This document shows positions 1-11,743 of a DNA stretch of 64,000 bases, piece by piece (positions within the stretch are counted from its first letter, which is position 1; the number at the start of each line of letters is the position of its first letter). The notes under the pieces are model-generated. The model did not search any database, was not told where the DNA came from, and was given only the letters and a program-made list of their open reading frames with translations. A program made the translations under genes and the position numbers. The stretch is taken from contig NC_081331.1 of the NCBI RefSeq assembly GCF_022539665.2, positions 5,828,001 through 5,892,000 on the forward strand, given 5' to 3'. This DNA is from Daphnia carinata (lineage: Eukaryota).

Positions 1-129
1 GGATTTCAATCCAATCCCTTCGTTATTCAGGGTTACCCGCAAAAATTTCCAAATTATTACACTTATTCGGCCAGAAGCTCCATAACTATCAGGCAAAGGC
101 GGTACGGGTGAAGACATATGACGTCTTCT

Positions 130-380
130 TCCCCGCTTTCTCCTTCAAATATTCATTCGACAAAGCGTTATAGGGAGCTTGAATGAATCAGCTACCTTCC
201 CCCGGCATCCCGGTAGGCAATGAAACCAGGTAAAGTTGATTTGATTGTAAACAAATCCATAAACGGCAAACTTCTTTAAACACTGTACCGACTTTCATTT
301 CTCATAACTTTTTTAAATAATAGTTGAATTTTATGTCCTCGTTTGCCAATTGAACTGTGGACGGTGATGATTCCAATGTG
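130..380 (-). pseudogene. Degraded caspase small-subunit (p10) exon; remnant of a third kinase-caspase copy
   Basis: Aligns by eye with 4930-5176 (TIKSTLPGFIAYRD...FIQA). It has an extra base in a G run after RD and TGA where copy 2 has Trp (GSWF). Bases 1-105 also match the copy-2 3' flank at about 4357-4465. Confidence 0.8.
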
Positions 381-765
381 TCGGTTTCTCCCGTTTTCCG
401 TGTCCTTTCCACGTCAACTAATCATATATGCATAATATTATAAACGATTCATTTGTTTTCCTGGTATAATTAGATGTGTTAAACTAACAGTGGCTTTTAG
501 GATCATGGCTTTGAGCGGATTTGGAGGGAATACAAATTCAGTTCAATTTTATTAGTCTTTCTGAGTGGTCTTTGGCTGAAGATATCCAATGTATTGGCTA
601 GAGATGTTACAGATGACAATTTATAAATCACAGAACATTTTCAACAGACAGGATTTATCAACAGCAACTTGGATCTCCTATTGTTTTACTACTGGGAATC
701 ACGTACCAAATTCAAACTGAACCTCCAACTATAACAAACGCTAGGGTTTTACGATGAAATGGTAA

Positions 766-3248
766 TCATCCTTTCTTTGAATCTGGCTTAGGTGTAACGT
801 CTTTGCCTTTGACTGCACAGTTGCGAAATGTAATGTTTTTGCTCAGGCATGTTTCCCATTGCATGGTTTGCCAGAAGCACTGACACACACCTTGTTGCTG
901 GCCCTCACCTTGGTTCTTGCACTCAAATTGGTGCATGACATTCGCCATCTCTGCCCTTGAAAATGCATTGATTTTATCCTGAACACTCATTTTAAGTAAG
1001 TATTCCAGATGATGGGGATTATCTTTCTTCATTTCTTCGGACAAAGTATCACAGAGAGCGTTGATGAAAAAAGTACCTAGATCCTTGTTCCTGAAGGCTT
1101 CGAAGCCGGCCATAGCTGCTTTGATTGTTATGAAATCCATTAGTGGAGGATACTTCATAGCGTCTTGCCTTATTTTGCTTTCATAGTTGGGATTAATTTC
1201 CAATTTTGGCCATTTGACTTCGGTAGGTGATTGCCATTTACCTGGATAGCAGGAATACAAAGTCAAATTATTTTGCACGAAGGGTATTGATGAACTGAGA
1301 ATGTAAGTAGATGAGTTACAAACCGAGAGCAAAGGAAATGGTATCCCACATGTGGGGAAAAATGTCGCCGTTTTTACTCAATGGCACCTGACAAGCCTGG
1401 ACAATGAAAATTTTGGGTTTGCCGTACAGACTGGGGCAATTATATAAAGAGAACTCGTTCTTGAGTTCAGTATAATTAACGTATCGACCGTCGTAACACT
1501 GAATTGCGTTCTCGACTCCATGAGACAAAAGGCACACAATAAAGCATCCATAATCCTTCCAATCTCTTTTGGCCAGATTTTTGATTTTGGATATCAAATC
1601 AAACGATTCAAGATTTTCATAAACTTCAGTGTCGATACCCGATCCGTGAAACATAAGCTTTAACTTTTCTCGATCCTTGTCGCTACCTGCGCGGTTCTAG
1701 ATTAAAATAAAATAAAAGTAAATCAGTAAAAATGATGGAGTATCAACTGGCATTAAATAGGTAATAGAATTTCCATTGTGATACCTGTTCTTTATTTTTA
1801 AAAAATTGCTGGTTAAAGATAACGCAATGGCCAGGTTTCATCTCATTTCTCTTATTATATATATCATAATCTTTGACAGGGCTGAAATAAAGGCTGCAAA
1901 GGACTGCTTGTAATGTTGGACGTTCGCTTTCGTTGAACTTCAACATCAATTCCATAAGCCTTACCACGTCCTCGTTCCCATCACTGAGAACGAAGTCAAG
2001 GCCTTTGTTATAGACTGAATAATCTTTATTGTGAAGGTTTCGTATACGCAGACTGGAAGTGTCGCCGAATGGATGTTTGGGTTTTCCATCACCCGTACCT
2101 GCGGTTAGGACATAGTGATAGAAACAACCTAGGATGAAGACATCCAATGTTGTGCTGAGATCTTTTGTCACATCTGTACTTTCCGGTGCTTCCCATCCTT
2201 CTGATGCAGCAGATCCCGATAGCTTTCCAGTGTTCTCAAGGTCGTGCTTTCTGGTTAGACGAAAATCAGTTATTTTAACTACATATCGGCATAAGCTTTT
2301 CGCGGACGGATCAACTTCCTTAATAAGGAAGTTGTTTGGCTTGATGTTTCGGTGGACAAAGTTGTTTTCATGCAAGTAATTGAGTCCTCTCGTTGCCTGT
2401 CGTAGGATTTCTTTCTTTGGTAAATCCGAGAGAATTTCTTCATCCATGCAGAATTGATTATTGAGCTCTCGATCCAAAAGATCTGCCACAGAACACAGAC
2501 ACAGTTCTACTGCAAGGTACCTGCGGAAATAATCAACAAGGTTTTCAAAGCAAAGAATAAAAGAATAAACGCAGGTTGCTACTTCATACATATAGTTCTC
2601 ATCTTGTCTATGAGTGAAATAGCGGATAAAATTTTCGTGGGCTTCTAGTTCTTTCAATATTCGACACTCCCGTTCAATTTCTTTCTTCTGATCTTCGGTG
2701 TAGACCAGCAATGTCTTTACGATGGCCACTAGAACATCGCAGTTGTAGTTGTAGACCCCTTTAAAAAAATTTCTTTTTTGCTTTTTTTCTGAATTTTCTT
2801 TTTTTTTATTTCCTTGCCCTTCTGAATTATTTTTTTTTTTATTTTCTTCTTCTTCTGGATTGCCGGACAAATATTGCAAAACGGGCTTTCCATTTTTCTT
2901 TTCAGTGTAAGCATAGTAAAGATTACCATTATCCTCCTCATGTTCTGCGACAAATAGAGAAAATTTCAAACAAGTGTTTTTAGTGATTAAACGTTTTTGG
3001 TTTCCTAGAACCACGTCAGACGCAATCACGGAAATATGAGACATACCGACATTTGGAATTCTCTCCTTAAGTGGAATGCGTAGCAACGTTTTGTCGTCCG
3101 ATTTAACCAGTGTTCCATCTCCTTGGCTTGGACTGGACTCCTGGAAATTGCGCTCTAATCTTAATTGGCTGGTAGCCGTAGGAGTACTCTTGGAGTTGTC
3201 AGCCTCCGTAGATAACACTCTGTGTCTTTTGAAGGTGCTCCGTTCCAT
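766..3248 (-). CDS. IRE1-like pseudokinase-caspase fusion protein, copy 1 (exons about 3248-3047, 2944-2590, 2520-1785, 1696-1324, 1241-766)
   Basis: Kinase motifs VAIVK, EREC, HENFIRYF, YLAVELC, HRNIKPNN, DFR, GWEAPE, DVFILGC, HPFG resemble the IRE1 kinase. In the same exon the reading frame continues into caspase p20 (PGHCVIFNQ|NRAGSDKD...CLLSHG...GKPKIFIVQACQV) and then p10 (DFITIKAAMAGFEAFRN...GTFFINALC). GT-AG introns join the ORFs in phase. Confidence 0.88.
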
Positions 3249-3249
3249 T

Positions 3250-4140
3250 TTTTTGTTCCAGATGTACTAAAGCACTGTTTGGTGTCGTGGCACAGTGTTG
3301 ATAAGTAGCCTGATTCTGTCCAAGTCGTTCTTCAACCACTCGTTGTGTCCGCTCACTGAACGTCTATAATATCAGATATATCTACGCATTTACTTAAAAT
3401 TTATGTGCAGGAAGTCGTTCGTTTTACTATCACTATAGCACAATACGTTTTATCAGTTGTTAACAGATAAACCTTTTCACCTGTAGATATGAAATTATAG
3501 CTGGCGTTATCTATCCTATCGGTTAACAGCAACATTTGCTAGGTAAAAAAGCCACGTAATAGGATCACAAGCTAGCTTATGTGTGGAATCTACTAATGCG
3601 TAGAACGAAAAGCCTATACAAACTGGACAAATTTCTATCCTTCTAGCTAGACCGTACAGTCTTCAGCCCTTTTACTGTCATATAAATACCTTATGCTAAC
3701 CAACGGCACCCTTGGAAATAATCTACTAAATCCTCTCACGAGTTGGCGTGATGAGATTAGATACGATAAAAGGACGCCTTGTCTTGTCACATAAGTCAGA
3801 GGGGCTGAACTCAACCGAAATAAGAAATTCATGGTTGGAAACTAGGCTTACAAGAACGAATTCAGTTTCTCACTTGAGGTCCTTTCTTTTTTTTGCAAAT
3901 ATCTATCCTGATTGTTCTGCCTTTCACTACCTTTTCTTATTTGATATTTTCCTAGTTAACAGTTGGCTAATGTATGAACTTTCTTTGCCCTTACTTAAAC
4001 GAACTTTGCTCTCGGTTGCGGTGTTGCATTTCCTGGTGAAGAATTCCGGGACTAGTAACGGCAGCAACTAGCACATCGCTTTAATGTGCCCCTATCACCA
4101 TCAATCCTAAATACCGAAATACCTGACGAAAAAAACACCA
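3250..4140. repeat. Duplicated upstream non-coding block of kinase-caspase copy 1 (paralogous to about 7160-8010)
   Basis: Long near-identical stretches, e.g. aaaaggacgccttg...gaaataagaaattcatg...ctaggcttacaagaacgaattca at about 3770-3865 and about 7611-7707. Confidence 0.9.
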
Positions 4141-4724
4141 AAAAGGGAAACAACAAACATTTAAAAATGTTCTGGAAGTGCGCTACTATGGAGACACCTG
4201 AGCAAGTATTCTTCTCCTTTTTTTCCCCTCTTTTTCCTTATTCATTTGCTGTTGTTCTTGTTCGGCTTGTCATGTTGTTAATTTACTGTTCTGTCAGTTG
4301 ATTACACACAAAATTTTAAATCAATTTATTATCTACTTTTTCTTTATTAATAATTGGATTTCAATCCGGTCCCTGCGTTACTCAACGTTACCTGCAAAGT
4401 ATCCCACCCTGCAAATTATTACACTTATTCAGTTTAGAAACTCCAATTATCAGGCAAAGGCGGTATTATAGTAGAGGAGGTGGCCGAAACGAGGTTTTAA
4501 GTCCCCCTTCATATCTACAAATAAAATCGAAACAAATATTAAACGTTTACCGATAGTGATAATAGGGAAATAAGATGATTTCATACTGGTTGTATTTGAA
4601 GTTTCATAAATGCTCATAATGATTTTGGCTTCAAACATTCTGTTTTTCAAAGAAAACGATTTACGAACTTTAGAAGATTTGATACACGTAGAGCTCATTA
4701 AAATCAATTTGCATCTCTCAACAA

Positions 4725-7132
4725 TTATTGTTCGATGTTAAATGCGCCCATATCTTTTCTATCATTCATTGTAATGTCAGTGCCTTCGGTGACACCTTTC
4801 TGAAATCGAATGTTTTTACTTATGCTTGCTTCCCATTGCATAGTTTGCCAAAGGTCCTCTTGTGAATTTGTGTTAATTTCGTTCTGAACACATTTAAGTA
4901 AGTCTGTAAGATCCTTTTGTGATGTTCCCGCTTCCTTCTCCAAATATTCATCAGACAGAACTTCACAGAGAGCTTGAACGAACCAGCTGCCTCCCTCGGG
5001 ATCCCGGTAGGCAATGAAACCAGGTAGAGTTGATTTGATTGTAAGGAAATCCATAAGTGACGGATTTCTTTGAGCGCTGTCCTGACTTTTCTTTTCTAGT
5101 AACTCCTTTTTGTAATTGCTGGCTGTTATGTCCTCCTTTGCCAATTGAACTAGGGATCGTGATAATTCCAATGTACCTGGATAGACGGAATACAAAAAAT
5201 CTAGTTATTCTGCATGAAAGGTATCGATGAACTGAAGAAGAAGAGAAAATCAGTTCCAAACCGGTTAAATGCGAGTAAATGACACGAGGAACGGACAGTA
5301 GCTTTGAAATGAAGGTCGGTGGAGAGTAAAAAAGAACATCTCTTCCCATTTCCTGTTGTATCAGGTTTCCTTGGCAAGCCTGGGCGATGAAGATTTTGGG
5401 TTTGCCATACAGACTGGGGCACTTATACGAAGAGAACTCGTATTTTAATTCATTTATGTTAACGAATTTGCCATCGTAACATAAGATTGCATTCTCAATT
5501 CCATGAGACAAAAGGCACACAACTAGGCAACCATAATTCTTGAAATCTCTTTTGTTGGCCAGCTCGTTGATTTCAGATTTCAAATCATCCGACGTTAGAT
5601 TTTGGTGAACTTCAAAATCGAAACCAAGCTTTTTAAATGTATTCTTTAACGCTTCTTCATCCTTGTCGCTCCCTTCACGGTTCTGGTAGAAAATGAAATA
5701 AATTGATAAACAAAATCTTTGAGTATTAGGGAAAACAAGCAGTGTTTGACAAGTAAGAACTTCCGTGGTACCTGTTTCGGATCTTCAAATTCTTGCTGGT
5801 TAAAGATAACACAAAGACCGGGTTTAACATCTTGATCAGCACCTTGATCAGCATATATCTTGTAATCTTCGGAAGGTTTGAAATAAACATTATCAAGAAC
5901 ATTTTCTAATGTTGGACGTTCGTCCTCCTTGAACTTCAACATCCAATTTATAAGGTCTTCCGCCTTTTTCATGTCCTTGATATTTTCACTGGTAGCGAAC
6001 AGAAAGCCATTTTTCAATATTGAATAAAGTGGATCTTGAATGTTTGTCCGACGATTACTTTCATCGCCGAATGGATGTCTGGGCTTTTGGTCGCTCGTCC
6101 ATGCGGTTAGGACATAGTAATAAAAACAACCGAGAATGAAGACATCCAATTTTTTGCTGAGGTTTTTTGTCGTATCTCTGCTTTCCGGTGCTTCCCATCC
6201 TCCTGATGCAGCAGGTCCCGATGACGCCAAATCTTGTTGAGGATCATACTTTCTCGACAGGCGAAAATCTGTTATTTTTACCACAAATCGGCAAGAGCTT
6301 TCACCTGTTTTATTAATCTCTTTAATAAGAAAATTATTTGGCTTGATGTTGCGATGGATAAAGTGGTTTTTATGCAAGTAATTGAGTCCATTCGTTGCCT
6401 GTCGTAGGATTTCTTTCGCTGGTATTTTGAGAATATCGTCTTTCATGGGGATTTTCGTTTCGAGGGGTGGATCCAAAAGATCTGCCACAGAACACAGGCA
6501 CAGTTCTGTTGCAAGGTACCTGTGTAAATAATCAAAAAAGTTTTCAACGCAAAGCAAAGAATAAACGAAGGTTGCTGAGTCATACACATAGTATAAGTCT
6601 TTTTCCTGAGTGAAATAGCGAATAAAATTTTCATGGACCTCTAGTTCTTTCAATATTCGAAACTCCCGTTCAATTTCTTTATTCTGCTGGTCGCTGTGGA
6701 CCAGCAATGTCTTTACGATGGCTACTTGAACATCGTAGTTGTAGAACCCTTTAATAATTACTCTCGTTTTCTTTTCTGTGGAGCTATTTGCATTTTCTTT
6801 TGGCTCGCCGGCTAAATATTGAGGCTTTAGGCTTCCATTTGTTAGAATATAACCTTGGAAAAGACTACCATTACCTAAAGAGAAAATTTCAAGCAAGTTT
6901 TTTTAGTGATTAAACGTCTTTTGGTTTCCTCCACATCCAATAAAATCACAGGGAAGTGGTACGTACTGATAATTGGTTTTTTCTTCTCAAGTAAGGGTGT
7001 GTCTACGCCTTCCAATTCAACCGCTGTTCTTTCTCGTTGGGTTGGGCTGGACTCCTGGATATTGGGCACTAATAGCGGTACTGGGTTGGCCGTAGCGGTA
7101 CTCCCAGAGCTGTCAGCCTGTGTAGAAAGCAT
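4725..7132 (-). CDS. IRE1-like pseudokinase-caspase fusion protein, copy 2 (exons about 7132-6967, 6874-6586, 6519-5772, 5682-5262, 5176-4725)
   Basis: Same exon structure as copy 1. Kinase motifs HRNIKPNN, DFR, GWEAPE. Caspase motifs PGLCVIFNQ|NREGSDKD, CLLSHG, QACQG, and p10 DFLTIKSTLPGFIAYRDPEGGSWFVQALC. The start codon is uncertain because the copy-1 ATG position reads AGT here. Confidence 0.88.
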
Positions 7133-7159
7133 TCTGAGTTCTTCGAAGATACTCCGTTC

Positions 7160-8010
7160 ACTTTTTTTTTCAGATGTACTAAAGCACTATTCGGTGTAGA
7201 CTACGTGACACAGTGTTTAATAAGTAGCCTGATTCTGTCCTAGCCGTTCTTCAACCACTAGTTGTGCCGGCCAACTGAACATCGTCTAATATCAGAGATA
7301 TCTACGCATTTGTTTAAAACTTATCTGCGATTAGTCGTTCGCTTTACTATCAGTGTATTGCACAATACGTTATAGCAGTTCTTAACAGATAGATAATAGA
7401 AAAGCATCTCCTGGTCGCGATTATAATTTCCAGCAAATAGCTGGTATTATTAACCATTTTGATTTAAGTTGCATTCTCCAAGCAAAGCTCGAACTCGCGA
7501 CCTCCAACTATGCGCTAACCAACTATGCCACTAGAGATGTTATATAGCTACGCACTAAAAAAATACTACTAGATGCTTTTACGAGTTAGAATGATGAGAT
7601 TAGATACGCCAAAAGGACGCCTTGCCTTGTCGCCTAGGTCAGTGGGGCTGAACCCAATCGAAATAAGAAATTCATGCTTAGAACCTAGGCTTACAAGAAC
7701 GAATTCAATTGCTCATTCGAGGTTTTTTTGCAAATATCTATCCTGATTGTTCTGCTCTTCTCTACCTTTTCCTGTTTGATATTTTCCTAGTTAACAGTTG
7801 GTTAATGTATGAAATTTTCCCTTACCTAAACGAACTTTACTCTCGGTTGCGGTGTTGCATTTCCTGGCAAAGCGTTCCGCCGCTAGTAACAGCAGCAACT
7901 AGCACATCGCTTTGCCCTATCACATGTATGTGCCGTATCGCCATCAATCCTCTTAAATATCGAAACTTCATAAAGCTCTGACGAAGATATAGCAACAAAT
8001 GGCAACAACA
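7160..8010. repeat. Duplicated upstream non-coding block of kinase-caspase copy 2 (paralogous to about 3250-4140)
   Basis: Direct sequence match to the copy-1 upstream region. Confidence 0.9.
7474..7537 (-). pseudogene. tRNA-Ile-derived remnant lacking the anticodon arm and intron
   Basis: The reverse complement TCTCTAGTGGCATAGTTGGTTAGCGCAT-AGTTGGA-GGTCGCGAGTTCGAGCTTTGCTTGGAGAA matches both ends of the tRNA at 11172-11292. A-box-like and B-box-like sequences are retained. Confidence 0.8.
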
Positions 8011-8156
8011 AGCATGTAAAGATAAAGAAACTGAAGTTACTCAAGTACAATTGATTTATATTTTTACATTTTAAGTAGACACTATTTGGCTATGGTAAAT
8101 TTGTCACTAACGTTTCAACGCAAATTGTGTCTTAACAACATGAAAATTCGAAAACA

Positions 8157-10496
8157 TTAGCAAGTTGTTCCATACGTTTGAGTAGATTCGTCGTCTTGGA
8201 TAAGCCGTTCGCGTTCATCGTTGATGCCGATGGTTATGGAAGCCGTTTTCCCAATTTGCACAACATTGGAATCGGTTTCTTTCGGCAACAATGGCGGGGA
8301 CTGGGTAGACGAGGTTGTTTTTGACCGAGAGGCGGAAAACGTTACGTAGACTAGCAATACGAGAGCGACGGCCAAATTCAGTAATCCGATAGCTGTTATC
8401 GCGAGGGGGAAGTTATACACGTCAACTAGAATGCTGCCAATGTACGGACCTAAAACCTCCCTGTGCAAAACATAATAAAGAAAACCAACAACAATTTTAG
8501 GTTGACGTAACCTAAAAGATTTCATTTTTCTTTGTGCTTACCCTAAAGAATACATTGACGCCCACAAACCTGCAATCACGCTATATGTACTCATTTCCGT
8601 CTCACAACCTACTTGCCTGAATATTCATCGCAAAAAAATGTCAATATGCAACGTAAATTAGTAATCATTGTTTTTAACGTTACACTGCATGTTGAAGTAA
8701 AGCTTGGTATGTTGGTACATAAGCCAAGGCTACAAAAGTTCCAATCAGGACTAGGGATAAAATATTGAGCCATAACACACTGTAGGAGTGTAAATTGTAT
8801 AATTAGCAATATAAACGGATGTACTGTGCATTTGGTTCTATACTTAGGGATTTGTGGTAAGAGTGGAGATGGTCCAAGTAAAAGCAAGCCAATGGCAGTG
8901 ATTGATAACCCAATAATCATCATCATACTTCCGTGGTTATACTTGCTTACCAACCAGCCCCATATAGGACTTGAGATTGCTGAGCTGACTGAAGTGACAA
9001 GGAATAGCAGGCCAAGTTGCATTGGGCCCAACTGAAACTAAAGTACAGCAAATGACAAAGACGGCTTTAGCTGTGTACAATAAAATGGTGAAGCATGAAA
9101 CAAAACAAATAAACGTTCCTCCAGAAGAAATAACAAAACATTTATTACCTGTTCCATCCGAATAACTAGCGTGGGTTCTAAAAAACTCCACGCACATGAT
9201 GAAACAGCAATCACCACGCATATGATAGGAACAGTTGGCACTTTGAAAATTATGGCCAATACTTTAGTTCCAACGGGTTCTTTAGCATGACAATATTCTG
9301 TTTTTGGCAGAAAAATTATGCTGAACGGCAACGTCAGTAGCATTACAGAACCCATAACGTAGAAGGGAAGCTGTAATCCTCCCAATGTGAATAGAGATCC
9401 TAGAAGGAACGCAAATTAAAGCACAATGTATACAACATATAATATTTCAGATTTTTTTACCCCCCAAAAGAGGTCCAACAGAGAATCCCAAGCCAATAAA
9501 TGTCTCTAAAATTCCCTACATAGAAAAATTCATTAGATGCTTAAATTTTCATTGTAAGGGTAAGTGCTAATATTTACCATAATTATACTAATTTTATCAG
9601 GAAATAATTTGGCAACATAAGTGGTTCCTGCTGTAGAGAAAGCTGAAGCCCCAGCAGCTCCCAATCCTCTCACAACTAAACACAGGATGGTAAACTTTGT
9701 ATCATCCTTCACATGTTCGAGAGTTCCAAATAAGAGATTGCAACTCCCAAAAAGGAAAACTCCTAATGTTTTTGAAATACATAAACAAATAATGTCACCC
9801 AACTATACAGGTTACATTGCTGTTCACTTACACCATGTACTCACCTGATGTAAACATAAATTTTGGACCAATGGATGGTGTGATGTGACCAATGAAAGGA
9901 GAAGTACAAAACACTACTGCTGGATGAATACTGAAAATAAGACCTAAAAAAAAGTGGAATATAACACTGCTTACATAACTGAATATGAATATAATACCAT
10001 AAGTGCTGGTGGAAATATTGTGCAAAATGGCTATCTTGAATTAATTTGTGAATGACAAATGGAAGCCAAACTCATTACAGATACAAGCTGAAATTTTCCA
10101 AGTATTTACCTCATAAAAAAATGTAGAGAGCATGGCGATTGTGCAGAAGCAAACAAAATAGACAGTACATATAAGGGCAAGTGTCCATTTTTGGTATTGT
10201 TCTAGTTGCTTAAAAATTGCTCTATTTCTAGTAAGAATGAGGAATTTGTTTCTCATTTTCGTAACTTCTTCGTCTGAGTGCTTCAATCTTTTTTCATTGA
10301 GATTCGATACAGACATACATCTTGCTGTTTGTGCAATTTGTTTTTCCTGTGGGCGATGACATTCTTGGAAAGCATGATCTGTGATTTCGGTACCGCTGTC
10401 ATCAGTGAGTTTCAGATAGGGTAGCCCTGCTGGCGAAACAACAATCGTGTCACTCATTGTTGCAAAAAGAGGCTGGGGCGAACTTCTTCCAACCAT
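8157..10496 (-). CDS. MFS-type transporter, SLC18B1-like (multi-exon)
   Basis: Hydrophobic exons GLIFSIHPAVVFCTSPFIG..IGPKFMFTSG, CLVVRGLGAAGASAFSTAG..AKLFPDKIS, GGLQLPFYVMG, FLEPTL, GLLLLGPSPLL, EVLGPYIGSILVD match the SLC18B1/VMAT-like family pattern. Short GT-AG introns. Confidence 0.85.
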
Positions 10497-11171
10497 TGTC
10501 ACTGACCATCAACACAGACAGATTCCACAATGTTTAAATTTTTCGCGCAGGGTTTTCCTTCGTGCCCAGCATTTTACCGACGTAAACAATTCCCTCCCCT
10601 TTCGAAAACTCACTAGCGCTCATGCGGTCAGCCGTTAAAGCTTTATGGATGGGGCGGATTACAGAATTTTGTTTTGTTTTGAAGACAAATGTTTGATATA
10701 TCGACACCCTAATTAAACTGAAATTTGTAAATCGAAGATCAATATTAAACTCAAGAAACCCATACCTTAGTAAATTATTTGCTAGTGCAGGGAAGTTGTA
10801 ATGCAAATGGCTAAATATTAACAGTTTAATAACTTGAACTAACTTGAACCCTTCCCACTCAAAGTTGTCCCCCTTCTTTTTTTTTTACTCCACTGTTCAT
10901 TTTCAGAAGCATTCGTCCTTGAAAATGGCGGATCTGTGACAATTTGATAAAAAGCCAATCCATATGATGTTGTATCCTTATCTTCTAAAACAAAGGCGTA
11001 GAAAATGAACTTCCAAGAAAAGAAAATCAAATTGGAGCAGCCTTAAACATTGTTTGTCATTATCCTACAGATCATAGCATTTTCGATTGGAACATTCTTT
11101 GGCCTGACGAGTGCCAAATTAAACTTTTGCAGAGTAACTAGAACTACTGTTCTTTTATGTAAAGTATAACG

Positions 11172-11292
11172 TTCTCCAGGCGAGGCTCGAACTCGCGACC
11201 CCGGCATATCTAGGGTGAGATTTTTAATCTCATTAGCACAGTAAGTTACTGTCATATAAGTACCATGCGCTAACCAACTGCGCCACTGGAGA
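11172..11292 (-). tRNA. tRNA-Ile (anticodon TAT) with a 47-nt intron (about 11254-11208)
   Basis: Reverse complement: TCTCCAGTGGCGCAGTTGGTTAGCGCATGGTACTTATA[intron]ATGCCGGGGTCGCGAGTTCGAGCCTCGCCTGGAGAA. 7-bp acceptor stem, D arm, T-loop TTCGAG, and an intron one base after the anticodon as in eukaryotic Ile-TAT genes. U1:A72 and the lack of a nearby T4 run are atypical. Confidence 0.88.
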
Positions 11293-11743
11293 ATGTTAGT
11301 TTGTTTCAAACCAGCAATGATAACAAATGTCCTACAAATACTTAATGCAAAAAATATGTGCTCCTATGGTTCTATCGTTTTCGATCGATTTGAATGTTGT
11401 TTGCTCCCGCCCTCGTATGCGTCACCTAGTGGCTAAGCGCAGATGTAAAGTAACCCACACCGCAGACGAATTTAGAAAATAACTCGCGTTTTCTGCTATT
11501 TCCTCTGACATTTTGTCAATGTTCGTACAAATTAGAAATATAAAACAAAATATCCACCGTGGAATTCTTCTCGGTAATTTTTGTTATTCTGGGGGCTGTT
11601 AAATTTTTTAACATTTTTAATATATCCCTCTTTTAGTAAAACCAAAATAGACTGTAAGTTCATCAAAAGCCGGGCCAACAGTTGGCTTGGGATAAGCGAC
11701 AGTTCATTCTGCACTTCCCAACCGTATTGATCGTGCAAATAAA

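Noticed and set aside
766..7132. Annotation as true IRE1, or as separate kinase and caspase genes
   Set aside because: There is no luminal, TM or KEN domain, the catalytic Asp is absent, and the caspase begins in the same exon and frame as the kinase.
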